Part shown: piece by piece, positions 8,937-19,397 of the stretch
Layout of the letters: each line of letters begins with the position of its first letter
Numbering within the stretch: the stretch's first letter is position 1
NCBI GenBank assembly: GCA_045561235.1
Contig: JBJKYB010000002.1
Span: 943,025 to 1,007,024 of the forward strand
Direction of reading: 5' to 3'
From: Gammaproteobacteria bacterium
Lineage (GTDB): Bacteria > Pseudomonadota > Gammaproteobacteria > Poriferisulfidales > GCA-002705445
DNA: 64,000 bases
Notes under the pieces: generated by a model
Database searches by the model: none
Told to the model about the DNA's origin: nothing
Seen by the model: the letters and a program-made list of their open reading frames with translations, nothing else
Program-made: the position numbers and the translations under genes

Positions 8937-9209
8937 TTATTCAGATGTAGTTGGATCTATTGTTCTTGTAATAGCACTAATTTTATTTGCAGGGAATCCA
9001 CCTTCCTTAGCATGCTCTTTAATTAATTCCTCGTTTGGAGCAATGTAAACGCAGTAAACTTTATCTTTAGTTACATAGCTTTCCACCCATTGTATCTCAG
9101 TACCTAATTTTTTTAGCACTGAGCATGATTTTTGAGAAATTCCTTGCAGTTCATCAGTTGTTAAAGATCCAGCGTCATTAATATCTCTTTCAATTATAAA
9201 TTTAGGCAT
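8937..9209 (-). CDS. Small DUF4242-like protein (SCO4226-type ferredoxin-like fold), function unknown
   Basis: 90 aa. The layout MPKFIIERD..LGTEIQWVESYVTKDKVYCVYIAPNEELIKEHA matches my recollection of DUF4242. Not verified by search. Confidence 0.55.
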   Translation of the reverse strand: MPKFIIERDINDAGSLTTDELQGISQKSCSVLKKLGTEIQWVESYVTKDKVYCVYIAPNEELIKEHAKEGGFPANKISAITRTIDPTTSE

Positions 9210-9232
9210 AAATTCCCCTTATTATTTTATTA

Positions 9233-9919
9233 TTAATCATCTCCACCCATGAAGGCAGCGAATATATGTAAAAGACTTGTAAAGAGATTATAAATTGATA
9301 TATACAAAGTTACAGTAGCCATTACATAATTATTTTCACCACCATGTATTATATCACTTGTTTGATACAAAATTAAACCGCACATTAAAAGTGCCCATAA
9401 ACCTGAAATAGCTAGCATTGTAATAGGAAAATAATAACCCATCATTGATGATATCAATAAGATAATACTTGCAACAAAAGCTAATATAATTCCGGATGTG
9501 ACAAAGCCGCCAATAAAACTGAAATCTTTTTTAGTATAATTAACATAAGCAGATAATGACAAAAATATTATGCCCGTCATCATTAGTGATGTTGTTACAA
9601 TTTCAGCCCCATTACTAAGATTACTAATATAAATGTTTAATATTGGACCTAATGTAAAACCAAGGATACCAGTAAGACAAAAAACCCAGAAAATACCAGA
9701 AGCATTATTTTTATTTTTTGCAGTTAAATAAAGTGCAACAAAATACAATCCAAGAGTAATAAATGGATTAACAACAGAAATATTTAACATATAACTTGTT
9801 AGTGCTGCAAATGCACTAAATAAAAGTGTCATTGATAAAAGAATATACGTATTTTTAAGGACTTTGTTAGTGGCAAGTGTTCTAGCTTGTCCTCTCAGTG
9901 TTGTATTGCTATTATTCAT
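9233..9919 (-). CDS. BAX inhibitor-1/YccA-family membrane protein
   Basis: 7-TM protein. The N-terminus ..TNKVLKNTYILLSMTLLFSA resembles E. coli YccA (HKVLRNTYFLLSLTLAFSA). ATG at 9919 is preceded by GGAG 8 nt upstream; the track's 9952 start adds 11 implausible residues. Confidence 0.85.
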   Translation of the reverse strand: MNNSNTTLRGQARTLATNKVLKNTYILLSMTLLFSAFAALTSYMLNISVVNPFITLGLYFVALYLTAKNKNNASGIFWVFCLTGILGFTLGPILNIYISNLSNGAEIVTTSLMMTGIIFLSLSAYVNYTKKDFSFIGGFVTSGIILAFVASIILLISSMMGYYFPITMLAISGLWALLMCGLILYQTSDIIHGGENNYVMATVTLYISIYNLFTSLLHIFAAFMGGDD

Positions 9920-10012
9920 ACTATAAGCTCCATAATTAATATAATAGAACATTAACGCTTTATTACTGATTTGTAAATATAAACGAAATTATAATTTTGG
10001 TCCTTATAATAT

Positions 10013-10100
<88 letters not shown>

Positions 10101-10126
10101 CGAATTAAGATAGATTGGAGAAATAT

Positions 10127-10282
10127 ATGATGATGATAATTTTAACAATAATTTGCATAGTAATAATGCTTATTTTGTTCTCAATAAGTAAAAGTTTGGA
10201 TTCCATAAATGAACAAATAGATCAGATAGTGGAAACAAATAAAAAATTAGTTGAAAATACAAAAAATACTTCCGAAGAATAA
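10127..10282 (+). CDS. Candidate 51-aa single-pass membrane protein (not in the ORF track)
   Basis: GGAG 6 nt upstream of ATG. Translation MMMIILTIICIVIMLILFSISKSLDSINEQIDQIVETNKKLVENTKNTSEE has one TM helix and a charged helical tail, ending at TAA. No family recognised. Confidence 0.4.
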   Translation: MMMIILTIICIVIMLILFSISKSLDSINEQIDQIVETNKKLVENTKNTSEE

Positions 10283-10332
10283 AATTTATAATTATTTTTC
10301 TTGTGACTTATAAAATATGTTTATGAGAAATT

Positions 10333-10722
10333 TTATTCATGGTCGTCTATAATACCCACTTTTTTCATCCACTGCTTAAACCCACCTTTCATATGAGATA
10401 CTTTTGTATAGCCCATTTCTTTAAGGGTTTTAGAAGCTAGAGTAGACCTAGCGCCAGAATGGCAATATAAAATAATATTTTTATTTTTGTCAAAAAAATC
10501 CTTATAGTATTCACATTTAGGATCAGCAAAGAATTCTAAGTGCCCTCTAGAAGAATGATATGAACCTGGAATTATTCCATTTTCAATTAACTCTGATGTG
10601 TCTCTTATATCAATTATATTAAAATCTTTTGAACCAAGTATTTCTTTAACTTCGTCAACAGTTAATTCTTCAAGATTTATTTTTGCATTTTTAATCATCT
10701 CCTTAACTGTGGCATTACTCAT
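10333..10722 (-). CDS. Single-domain rhodanese (sulfurtransferase)
   Basis: 129 aa, no signal peptide. Active-site loop YCHSGARS and upstream IIDIRD. Confidence 0.8.
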   Translation of the reverse strand: MSNATVKEMIKNAKINLEELTVDEVKEILGSKDFNIIDIRDTSELIENGIIPGSYHSSRGHLEFFADPKCEYYKDFFDKNKNIILYCHSGARSTLASKTLKEMGYTKVSHMKGGFKQWMKKVGIIDDHE

Positions 10723-10841
10723 AATTTATTACCTTAGTGTTTTAAATTTACATGTATTATATAATAACTTATTAACTGGATTAATATTTTTATACAATAC
10801 TATAACATAAACATATTTAAAATTTATTGGATTAATAAATT

Positions 10842-11879
10842 ATGCAATTAGGAAGTTTAATAATTGATATTGCTGGTAATGAATTAACAAATGAAGATAT
10901 TGATTTGTTAAAACATCCATATATTGGAGGTATAATCTTATTTTCAAGAAATTTTGTTTCTGTAGATCAAATAAAAGAACTTATCAGAAAAATTAAATCA
11001 TTAAGATCTCCTTCATTAATAGTATACGTAGATCAGGAAGGAGGAAGGGTTCAAAGATTTAAAGAAGGAATGACTTTACTACCTTCAATATCATTATTAG
11101 GAGAAAAATATATAGCGGATTCAGATGAGGCTTCTTTAATTGCAAGGGAGTTAGGCTGGCTAACTGGATTCGAATTGACGAGTATTGGAATAGATGTGAA
11201 TACATCTCCTGTTTTAGATATTAATTTCAAAAGAAGTAATATAATGGCAGATAGATGTTTTTCTGAAAAGCCAAAAACTGTATCTTTATTAGCGGAATCA
11301 TTTATTCTAGGTTCGAAAGAAAGTTGTATATCAAGCATATGTAAACATTACCCCGGTCATGGTTTTGCTAAAGCTGACTCACATGTCGAACTTCCATTAG
11401 ACAGCAGAGATATTAAAACTATTTTTCAAAACGATTTACTGCCTTATAAAAAAGCAATAGACCTTAAAATAGACGGTATTATGACATCACACGTTCTTTA
11501 CAAAAATATTGATAATTTTCCACCAACACTCTCAAAAAAATGGATACAAATATTAAGAAATGACTTTAGATACAAAGGCCTAATATTTTCCGACGATCTA
11601 AGTATGAAAGCTCTAAATGAGTTTGGCGAAATACAAGATAATGTATTAAAATCAATAAGTATTGGATGTGATTGTCTATTTATCTGTAATAATAGAGATG
11701 AAGTCATTAGCATTTTAGATAATATAGTTATTGAAAATAATATAGAAGTTAGTAGTAAACTTATAAAATTAAGTAAGAATAATATTGATGATAATTTTGA
11801 AAAAAATAAAAGGAGATTGTCTGTTATAGATAGTCTTAAGAGAATTACGGTTAAGAAACAAATAGAAATTAATATATAA
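10842..11879 (+). CDS. nagZ: Beta-N-acetylhexosaminidase (peptidoglycan recycling)
   Basis: GH3 N-terminal domain with VDQEGGRVQRF and KHYPGHG; 345 aa. Confidence 0.88.
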   Translation: MQLGSLIIDIAGNELTNEDIDLLKHPYIGGIILFSRNFVSVDQIKELIRKIKSLRSPSLIVYVDQEGGRVQRFKEGMTLLPSISLLGEKYIADSDEASLIARELGWLTGFELTSIGIDVNTSPVLDINFKRSNIMADRCFSEKPKTVSLLAESFILGSKESCISSICKHYPGHGFAKADSHVELPLDSRDIKTIFQNDLLPYKKAIDLKIDGIMTSHVLYKNIDNFPPTLSKKWIQILRNDFRYKGLIFSDDLSMKALNEFGEIQDNVLKSISIGCDCLFICNNRDEVISILDNIVIENNIEVSSKLIKLSKNNIDDNFEKNKRRLSVIDSLKRITVKKQIEINI

Positions 11880-11885
11880 AAAATT

Positions 11886-12947
11886 ATGGAAAACTTTCTT
11901 CAAGAATATAACATAGATCATTGGTTGGTTAAATTTATAGTAATTATACTTGTAATAATTACAATTAATATTTCAACTCGCATAATATTAAATTATCTCA
12001 AAAAACAATCAAAGAAGACCAGTAACGTTTGGGATGACTGCGTAATAAATTCTTTTTATAGGCCTTTTACAATACTTGTTTGGATATTAGGAATAGTTTT
12101 TACTCTTGAGGCGTTCAATAAGGACTTTAAAGTCATAAATATTTCTCACGAATTTTTAGTGAATTTAAAACGTGCAGGAATAATTTTTTCTATCGCGTTA
12201 TTTTTAAATAACTTATCAAGAAATTTTCAAATAGCTATTATTGAAAATAATAAAAATAATTCTATAGATGTAGATGAGGCAACATATGAGGCAATTTCAA
12301 AGATCATAAGACTCTCTATTATCATTACTTCAGGTTTAATAATCTTACAAACTTTTGGTTTTAGTATATCAGGAGTATTAGCCTTTGGTGGTATTGGTGG
12401 AGTTGCGGTAGGTTTTGCAGCTAAAGATATGTTAGCTAATTTTTTTGGCGGTTTAATGATTTATTTAGATAGGCCCTTTAGAAAAGGTGATTGGATTAGA
12501 TCCCCTGATAGAGAGCTTGAAGGAACTGTTGAAAATATTGGATGGAGGCAAACATCTATAAGAAATTTTAGAAAAAATGTAATTTATATTCCAAACTCGG
12601 TTTTTATGAATATAATTGTTGAAAATCCATCTAGAATGACACACAGAAGGATAAGAGAGGTGATAGGCCTTAGGTATAAAGACTTACCAAAAATGTTAAA
12701 AATTGTCGATGAAGTTAAATTAATGATTTCTACTCATGATGAAATTGACCATAAGCAAACCACAATCGTAAACTTTGATAGTTATAATGACAGCTCTGTT
12801 GATTTTTTTATTATAACGTACGCTAAGACAACAGAGTGGATTCGATATCATGAGATTAAACAGGATGTACTGATGAAGGTTGGTAAAATTATTGAAGATA
12901 ATGGCGCTGAAATTGCATTTCCTACAAGGGTTGAAATTAAAGAATAA
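11886..12947 (+). CDS. Mechanosensitive ion channel, MscS family
   Basis: N-terminal TM helices followed by the MscS core (GFAAKDMLANFFGGLMIYLDRPFRKGDWI..GTVENIGWRQTSIR). Confidence 0.85.
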   Translation: MENFLQEYNIDHWLVKFIVIILVIITINISTRIILNYLKKQSKKTSNVWDDCVINSFYRPFTILVWILGIVFTLEAFNKDFKVINISHEFLVNLKRAGIIFSIALFLNNLSRNFQIAIIENNKNNSIDVDEATYEAISKIIRLSIIITSGLIILQTFGFSISGVLAFGGIGGVAVGFAAKDMLANFFGGLMIYLDRPFRKGDWIRSPDRELEGTVENIGWRQTSIRNFRKNVIYIPNSVFMNIIVENPSRMTHRRIREVIGLRYKDLPKMLKIVDEVKLMISTHDEIDHKQTTIVNFDSYNDSSVDFFIITYAKTTEWIRYHEIKQDVLMKVGKIIEDNGAEIAFPTRVEIKE

Positions 12948-12950
12948 TAT

Positions 12951-13631
12951 CTAATTTTTTTTTATTTTTATAATTTTAAGAATTAATCCAAAATTATCTC
13001 TATCAATATATGTTGTTTTATTAAGCTTGACTCTTTGTGATATGTCATGTTTTTTTGAAACTAAAATATTATTTGAAAAAAAACTGTCAGATTTCATTTT
13101 CAAACGTTCATATAATATTAAATTAACGGTATAAAATTCATCTTTTACAAATTTTATGAAGCCTTCATATTGATTAATTTTACCAGAGCCAATAATATCT
13201 ATATCATTTAGATCAAGATCATCATCGAAAATTTCGTTACTATAATCGTGCCCATCTTTTATTTTTATGTTATAAAAACTATTCATATTTTGAACCCATT
13301 CTAAATGAGTAATCAATTTTATTTTATTATCTTTTGATAAAATAGTTTTATACTCATTAAAGGTTTCCAATTTATAATCATTATCATATTTTACGCATAT
13401 ATTTTCGTTATTTATCACACAATTATTGTTCTTTATACTAATCGAATCATTCTCTTTATATTTATCACTTATAAAGTTTTGATTATATTCTATTAAATTT
13501 GAGTCATTATGGGACACAATAATAATTTTAATTTGATATAAAATTTGATTTTCATCTATGATTTCTTCAGCATATATAGATGTTGAAAAAAGTAGGAAAA
13601 ACAAAAGTATATTTTTAAATATTATATTCAT
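12951..13631 (-). CDS. Secreted hypothetical protein, possibly CsiV/DUF2803 family
   Basis: Signal peptide. LYQIKIIIVSH near the N-terminus and TTYIDRDNFGLILKI near the C-terminus resemble the CsiV family's wYqVEvivF and hYiDHPlfGvlv blocks as I recall them. It sits immediately downstream of mfd. Very AT-rich. Confidence 0.4.
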   Translation of the reverse strand: MNIIFKNILLFFLLFSTSIYAEEIIDENQILYQIKIIIVSHNDSNLIEYNQNFISDKYKENDSISIKNNNCVINNENICVKYDNDYKLETFNEYKTILSKDNKIKLITHLEWVQNMNSFYNIKIKDGHDYSNEIFDDDLDLNDIDIIGSGKINQYEGFIKFVKDEFYTVNLILYERLKMKSDSFFSNNILVSKKHDISQRVKLNKTTYIDRDNFGLILKIIKIKKN

Positions 13632-16600
13632 CTTAATTTATTGATTATATCTGCAATTACTATTCTTTTTTCTCTAATATCATCAAATTCTTTTTTGTAT
13701 ATTAAAGTTTCGTCTTTTGTAAATGATACATTATTCTGATTATTATTGATAAAGTTAATTAATTTTTCATGTTTAATTTTTGCGTCTTTTTGAAATGAAA
13801 TTTTTAATGAGCTTTTATTAACTAGTAATCTTTTAATACCAAGTTTTGAATATTTTATTTTCATTTTCGTTATATCTATAAGATTTTTAACTTCTTGTGG
13901 TATATTTCCAAATCGGTTTATTAATTCAATAATAATATTGTCTAGTTGTTCAGGATTATCAGTATTCGCGATTTTTTTATACATGACAAGTCTTTGATTG
14001 ACATCATTAATATAATCACCTGGGATGATTGCCACTTCATTAATGTCAATCTCTGTTACATAGTCTAGAGAATTATCAAAATTTGGTATTTCTCCTGATT
14101 TCAAAGAAGATATTGCTTTGGTTAAAATTCTATTGTAAAGCGAAAATCCAATCTCTTGTATTTCTCCGCTTTGAGATTCGCCTAAAAGGGCTCCAGCTCC
14201 TCTAATTTCTAAATCTCTTGAAGCTATAGAGAATCCAGAACCTAAATCCTCCATATTCTCAAGGGCAAGCAACCTTTTTTTTGCATTTTCAGTAATATAA
14301 TTTTTATCTTGTACAAGCAAATAGCAGTAGGCTTGCCTATTACTTCGTCCAACTCTTCCTCGTATTTGATGAAGCTGAGATAAACCAAATTTATCTGCCC
14401 TGTTAATTATAATTGTATTTGCATTAGCTACATCAATTCCATTCTCAATTATTGTCGTAGATAAAAGAATATTAAACTTTTTATTATAAAATTCTAAAAT
14501 TATCTTCTCTAGTTGTGATGAACTCATTTGAGCATGAGCAATTTTTATAGAGCTAGAAGGTAAAATGTCTTGAATTTCTTTATACACACTATTAATATCA
14601 TTAACTCTATTATGTAGAAAAAATACTTGTCCACCACGGTTAATTTCTCTAGTTATTGCATCCTTTATAACTGATTTTTTCCAATTTGTTATGTAAGTTT
14701 TAATAGGCATTCTATTCTCAGGAGATGTTGCGATAATACTTAAATCACGAAGCCCACCGAGAGACATATTTAATGTTCTAGGAATCGGAGTAGCAGTTAG
14801 CGTTAAAACATTTACTTCGTCTCTCATTTTTTTTAAGAATTCTTTATGTTTAACACCAAACTTTTGTTCTTCATCTATTATAAGAAGGCCAAGTGACTTA
14901 TACTTTATATCCTTTTGTATAGCTCTATGTGTTCCTATTATAATATTACAATTACCTGATTCTATTTCTTCGATTATATTGTTTTGTTCTTTTTTTGATT
15001 TAAATCTTGATAAGCATTTAATATTAAATGGCCAATTTTTAAATCTATTAATAAATGTTTTTTCATGTTGCTCTGCTAAAAGAGTAGTAGGCGTAAGAAT
15101 TACTACTTGTTTAAAATTAGAAGCGCATACAAATGCAGCTCTTAAAGCAATTTCAGTTTTTCCAAATCCAACATCACCACAAACCAATCTGTCCATTATT
15201 TTTTCTGATGTTAAATCCTTAAGCACATCATCTATAGCTTTACTTTGATCTTCGGTTTCATCGTATATAAATTCGCTAGAGAATTGCTCATATTCAAATT
15301 CATTAATACTATATCTTATTGTTTTTTTTGCTACTCTTTTAGCATTTATTTCTAATAACTCCGCAGCTATGTCATAGGCTTTTTTTGTTGCTTTTTTCTT
15401 TGCTTTTGACCATGAAAAACCACCAAGCTTATGCAAAGGCGCTGTTTCACTTTCAATAGTATTATATTTATTCACAAGATGAAGAGCAGATACAGGCACA
15501 TAAAGCTTGTCATTGTCTTCATAAAGAATGGTTAAATATTCATTAGAAATTCCATTTGTATCGAGATATTTAAGGCCTCCATATCTACCAATACCATGTT
15601 CTTCGTGAACCACCGGTGATCCTAACTCTAAGTTTTTTAATTGATCTATAAAAAAAGCTGCCTTTGAGCTATTTCTATTACTTTGCTGTTTAATCTTATT
15701 TTTTATAATATTTTCTGCATTAATAATTGACAGATTTAAATCATTAATTCTAAAGGATTCATTTATAAATCCATGAATTATATATAATTTTTGATTATCG
15801 AATATTACATCAGAGATTTTATTTACAATTTCATAAGCAAGTTTGTGAGTCTGGAAAATATCTGTATATTGAGATATTTTTACTTCTTCATCGCAACACA
15901 AAACTACGCATGACATTTTTTTTATATAATTTTTTAAATCACTAATTGGGCTATCTAAATAAGGCTTAAATGATATGTCCGGTACAGCTGATATATTAAA
16001 ATTATACGAATCCCTGCTAAGATTTTTATTTTTATATATTTTGAAAACTTTTTTTTCATTAATTTTAGCAAACAAAGATTTATCGTTAAAAAAGAGATAC
16101 TCTGGGTCTAAAAAACTCTCTTCATTTTGAGAGCAGTCTAAAAATCTATCTTTTATCTTTTTATTATGGTCTTCAAGAATTGGAAAAATATCATCAAATA
16201 AATAAATCTCGTGAATATTATTAAAATAATCTAAAATTGATTCTGTATGTTCATAAAATAATGGAAAATAATTATTTAATCCTTGGGGAATGACATTATT
16301 ACTAATACTTGTGTAAATATTATTATTATTTGGATTGCCTTGAAATATTTCTCTGAACTTTTTTCTAAAATTTATAATGCTATCTTTGTTCAATATTATA
16401 TTATTCATTGGCACAACATATATAGTATTTTTATCATTTCCTTCAAAAGTGATTTGGGTTTCGGTATTAAATGATTTCATTGTTTCGATATCAATATCGT
16501 CAAGATCTATTCTTGTAGGAAAATCATATCCTCCTGGAAATATATCGATGATTGAACCTCTAATAGAAAATTCACCATGAAAGTTTACTTGAGGAGTATT

Positions 16601-17071
16601 AATGTATCCAATTTCTACAAATCTATCTTTTATTTCATTAATATTAATTTTACTTCCCTTATTTAAAACTATGACATTATTTTCAAGGATGTTTTTAGGT
16701 ATGATTTTCTTTCTGCAATTTTTTATTGTTGTTATAACTGAAATATTTTCTTTTTTGCTATTTAAATATTCTATTAAGTTATAATTCTTACTTGAGCTTA
16801 GAAATTTATCTGAGTCTACCATATCATATGGCATTTCTTCTGTACCTGGAATATATATTATTTCGTCATCATCACGGCTCTGTGATAATAATTTTAATTC
16901 TTTATAGATTCTTTCTGCCTGAAAATTATCTTTTGCTAAAATTAGTTTTTTACCTGCATTTCTACAATTCAAAAATATAGAGTCAGATGAATAACTCAAT
17001 CCGTCTAGCTCTTTTGAATTTGTGTTATTAAAGTATACGTTAAGCTTATTTTGAAATATATTTTTACTCAT
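13628..17071 (-). CDS. mfd: Transcription-repair coupling factor
   Basis: 1147 aa. CarD-like block (GSPVVHEEHGIGRY), helicase motifs GDVGFGKTE, DEEQKFG, TATPIPRT and QLHQIRGRVGRS. Confidence 0.97.
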   Translation of the reverse strand: MSKNIFQNKLNVYFNNTNSKELDGLSYSSDSIFLNCRNAGKKLILAKDNFQAERIYKELKLLSQSRDDDEIIYIPGTEEMPYDMVDSDKFLSSSKNYNLIEYLNSKKENISVITTIKNCRKKIIPKNILENNVIVLNKGSKININEIKDRFVEIGYINTPQVNFHGEFSIRGSIIDIFPGGYDFPTRIDLDDIDIETMKSFNTETQITFEGNDKNTIYVVPMNNIILNKDSIINFRKKFREIFQGNPNNNNIYTSISNNVIPQGLNNYFPLFYEHTESILDYFNNIHEIYLFDDIFPILEDHNKKIKDRFLDCSQNEESFLDPEYLFFNDKSLFAKINEKKVFKIYKNKNLSRDSYNFNISAVPDISFKPYLDSPISDLKNYIKKMSCVVLCCDEEVKISQYTDIFQTHKLAYEIVNKISDVIFDNQKLYIIHGFINESFRINDLNLSIINAENIIKNKIKQQSNRNSSKAAFFIDQLKNLELGSPVVHEEHGIGRYGGLKYLDTNGISNEYLTILYEDNDKLYVPVSALHLVNKYNTIESETAPLHKLGGFSWSKAKKKATKKAYDIAAELLEINAKRVAKKTIRYSINEFEYEQFSSEFIYDETEDQSKAIDDVLKDLTSEKIMDRLVCGDVGFGKTEIALRAAFVCASNFKQVVILTPTTLLAEQHEKTFINRFKNWPFNIKCLSRFKSKKEQNNIIEEIESGNCNIIIGTHRAIQKDIKYKSLGLLIIDEEQKFGVKHKEFLKKMRDEVNVLTLTATPIPRTLNMSLGGLRDLSIIATSPENRMPIKTYITNWKKSVIKDAITREINRGGQVFFLHNRVNDINSVYKEIQDILPSSSIKIAHAQMSSSQLEKIILEFYNKKFNILLSTTIIENGIDVANANTIIINRADKFGLSQLHQIRGRVGRSNRQAYCYLLVQDKNYITENAKKRLLALENMEDLGSGFSIASRDLEIRGAGALLGESQSGEIQEIGFSLYNRILTKAISSLKSGEIPNFDNSLDYVTEIDINEVAIIPGDYINDVNQRLVMYKKIANTDNPEQLDNIIIELINRFGNIPQEVKNLIDITKMKIKYSKLGIKRLLVNKSSLKISFQKDAKIKHEKLINFINNNQNNVSFTKDETLIYKKEFDDIREKRIVIADIINKLR

Positions 17072-17224
17072 TAATGTATTTCTTGCTATAAAATTTAGTC
17101 TTAATAGGTTGGCTATTTTACATTAATATCCTTAAAAATGTTCTAACAAGTACAATTTATATAGACCTTATCATATGATAGAATTTAGTTTATAAACTAT
17201 TAAGTGGAAAAAATCTTATACAGC

Positions 17225-17845
17225 ATGGAAATTTCAGTTAATTCGGCTACTTGCTTTAAAAATAATAATACTATCTTTAGCGATATGAATATATCGTTGA
17301 AAAAGGGTGAAATTGCGATGATTACTGGTCCAAATGGTTCAGGAAAAACTACATTAATTAGATCTCTTAGCGGTATTCAAAACTTAGAATCAGGGAATAT
17401 ATTAATTAACAATAAAGATATTAGTAATCGAAATAGCAATTTTACAGAAAAAGTTTTGTATATTGGACATAAAAATAGCTTAAATGGTGATATGACAGTT
17501 TTTGAAAATCTAGAGTATCTTGGTGCATTAGATTTATCTTCAAAAGCCAATTACGGTGATAAAATAAAAGCGGCCTTAGATTATTTTGATATTTATAAAT
17601 ATAAGGATTATTTGGTTTCTGATCTTTCTGAGGGAAATAAAAAAAAGACGTCATTAGCAAGAATAATTATGTCAGAAAAAAAACTTTGGATGTTGGATGA
17701 ACCATTGAGTTTTCTTGATGATAAATCATCAGATATATTAATTAAACTTATTTTAAAAAATCAGAAAGCCGATGGAATTACTATAGTTTCATCGCATTAT
17801 GATTTTTCAGATAAATTAAATAATGTTAAACACATAAAAATGTGA
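17225..17845 (+). CDS. ccmA: Haem exporter ATPase CcmA
   Basis: Walker A GPNGSGKTT, signature LSEGNKKK, Walker B LWMLDEP. ATG 17225 aligns with the E. coli CcmA N-terminus; GTG 17204 in the track is an alternative. Confidence 0.9.
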   Translation: MEISVNSATCFKNNNTIFSDMNISLKKGEIAMITGPNGSGKTTLIRSLSGIQNLESGNILINNKDISNRNSNFTEKVLYIGHKNSLNGDMTVFENLEYLGALDLSSKANYGDKIKAALDYFDIYKYKDYLVSDLSEGNKKKTSLARIIMSEKKLWMLDEPLSFLDDKSSDILIKLILKNQKADGITIVSSHYDFSDKLNNVKHIKM

Positions 17846-17855
17846 AAGTAAATAT

Positions 17856-18518
17856 ATGTTAAAAACAATAATTCATAAAGAGCTGAGTATATATTTTAGA
17901 AATTTAAATAGTATTTTTCTTCCGCTCATATTCTTTTTTTTAATTATATCAATATTTCCATTAGTATTGGGGCCTGAAAAAACTTTATTTGATAAAATTA
18001 TTCCTGGCATAATATGGATTACAGCAATATTAACAACTCTATTAACCTCAAATAATTTTTTTAAAGATGATTTTAATAATGGAATAATCGAAACTTATTT
18101 AACTTCAGATGCTTCTATAGAGTTATTATTTTTTTTAAAAATTGTTTCATGTTGGATTTTTACATGTTTGCCAATAATTATTTTTATTCCTTTAGTTTCT
18201 GTTCTATTTGATATTCCTTATGAAAATTCAATTGTTTTACTAATTACTTTAATCATTGGCACACCAGTTTTAATTTCTGTCGGTATATTTGGTTCTGCAT
18301 TAACTTTAGGCTTATCAAAAAATAATATTTTGATACCTGTTATTATTGTGCCTTTTTATATTCCTATTTTAATTTTCTCTGCAAGTGCAATTGAATCTGT
18401 TGCCATTGGTCTTTCTTACGAAATGCAGATATATGTTCTACTTGCTTTTCTATTTCTTATTTTGCCAATTATGCCGTATTTACTTAAATACACTTTGAGG
18501 CTTAGTATCAACAATTAA
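17856..18518 (+). CDS. ccmB: Haem exporter permease CcmB
   Basis: 220-aa 6-TM protein between ccmA and ccmC. Confidence 0.9.
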   Translation: MLKTIIHKELSIYFRNLNSIFLPLIFFFLIISIFPLVLGPEKTLFDKIIPGIIWITAILTTLLTSNNFFKDDFNNGIIETYLTSDASIELLFFLKIVSCWIFTCLPIIIFIPLVSVLFDIPYENSIVLLITLIIGTPVLISVGIFGSALTLGLSKNNILIPVIIVPFYIPILIFSASAIESVAIGLSYEMQIYVLLAFLFLILPIMPYLLKYTLRLSINN

Positions 18519-18520
18519 TT

Positions 18521-19249
18521 ATGAATATTTCCAAAATTGCAAATTTGAAGTTTTTTTATGTGAATACCAAAAACATTTCATTTTTTTTATCTATTTTTAC
18601 ATTAGTGTTATTTTTAGTTGGTGTGTATTGGGGTCTTTACATAGCACCTATAGATTATCTTCAAGGAAACAGTTATAGAATTATGTATGTTCATGTACCA
18701 GCAGCGTGGCTCTCCCTTCAAACTTATATATTTATGGCCGTTACTGGTTTTATAGCTTTAGTTTGGAAGGTCAAAATTATGGAAATTGCAAGTATTCAGT
18801 CAGCGCCTGTTGGGGCTTTTTTTACAATAATAGCATTAGTAACTGGCATGATTTGGGGCAAACCTACTTGGGGAACATATTGGGTTTGGGATGCAAGGTT
18901 GACTTCTGAGTTAATTTTATTATTTCTGTATATAGGCGTGATTGTTCTTTATGCATCTTTTAGCGACAAAAGACAAGCTGTCAAAGTTACCTCTTTATTA
19001 GCAATAATCGGACTTATAAATATCCCAATTATTCATTATTCTGTTGAATGGTGGAATACTCTTCATCAGGGCCCAACTGTGACAAAATTTGACAAGCCAT
19101 CAGCACACATTTCAATGCTAACTCCCTTATTATATATGTTTTTTGTGTTCAATTTATATTTTTGTACAGTAATTATTAAAAGAATAAGATTGGGAATATT
19201 TTTAAGAGAAAAAAACACTAAGTGGATGAAAGAATATTTAGATGATTGA
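18521..19249 (+). CDS. ccmC: Haem exporter/lyase component CcmC
   Basis: WWD motif WGTYWVWDARLT and the conserved His in MYVHVPAAW. Confidence 0.93.
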   Translation: MNISKIANLKFFYVNTKNISFFLSIFTLVLFLVGVYWGLYIAPIDYLQGNSYRIMYVHVPAAWLSLQTYIFMAVTGFIALVWKVKIMEIASIQSAPVGAFFTIIALVTGMIWGKPTWGTYWVWDARLTSELILLFLYIGVIVLYASFSDKRQAVKVTSLLAIIGLINIPIIHYSVEWWNTLHQGPTVTKFDKPSAHISMLTPLLYMFFVFNLYFCTVIIKRIRLGIFLREKNTKWMKEYLDD

Positions 19250-19397
19250 ATTTTTAGATATGGGAAAACATACAGCATTTGTTTATATAGCATATATATT
19301 TTCAGTAGTAGTATTATTAATTTGCTATTTTTTACCACATTACGGACTAAAGAAAGAAATACGAAAGAAAAATGATAAAGTTAACAAAAACGAGTAA
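19242..19397 (+). CDS. ccmD: Haem exporter protein CcmD (51 aa; absent from the ORF track)
   Basis: Translation MIEFLDMGKHTAFVYIAYIFSVVVLLICYFLPHYGLKKEIRKKNDKVNKNE has one TM and a basic tail, like E. coli CcmD (..FAMGGYAFFVWLAVVMTVIPLV..). Overlaps ccmC by 8 nt and ccmE by 26 nt. Confidence 0.8.
   Translation: MIEFLDMGKHTAFVYIAYIFSVVVLLICYFLPHYGLKKEIRKKNDKVNKNE

Noticed and set aside
17169-17180. Perfect 12-bp palindrome TATCATATGATA in the mfd/ccmA divergent spacer.
   Set aside because: It could be an operator, but a 12-bp A/T palindrome is not improbable in about 30% GC DNA. I saw no second copy in the window, so there is no support beyond its position.
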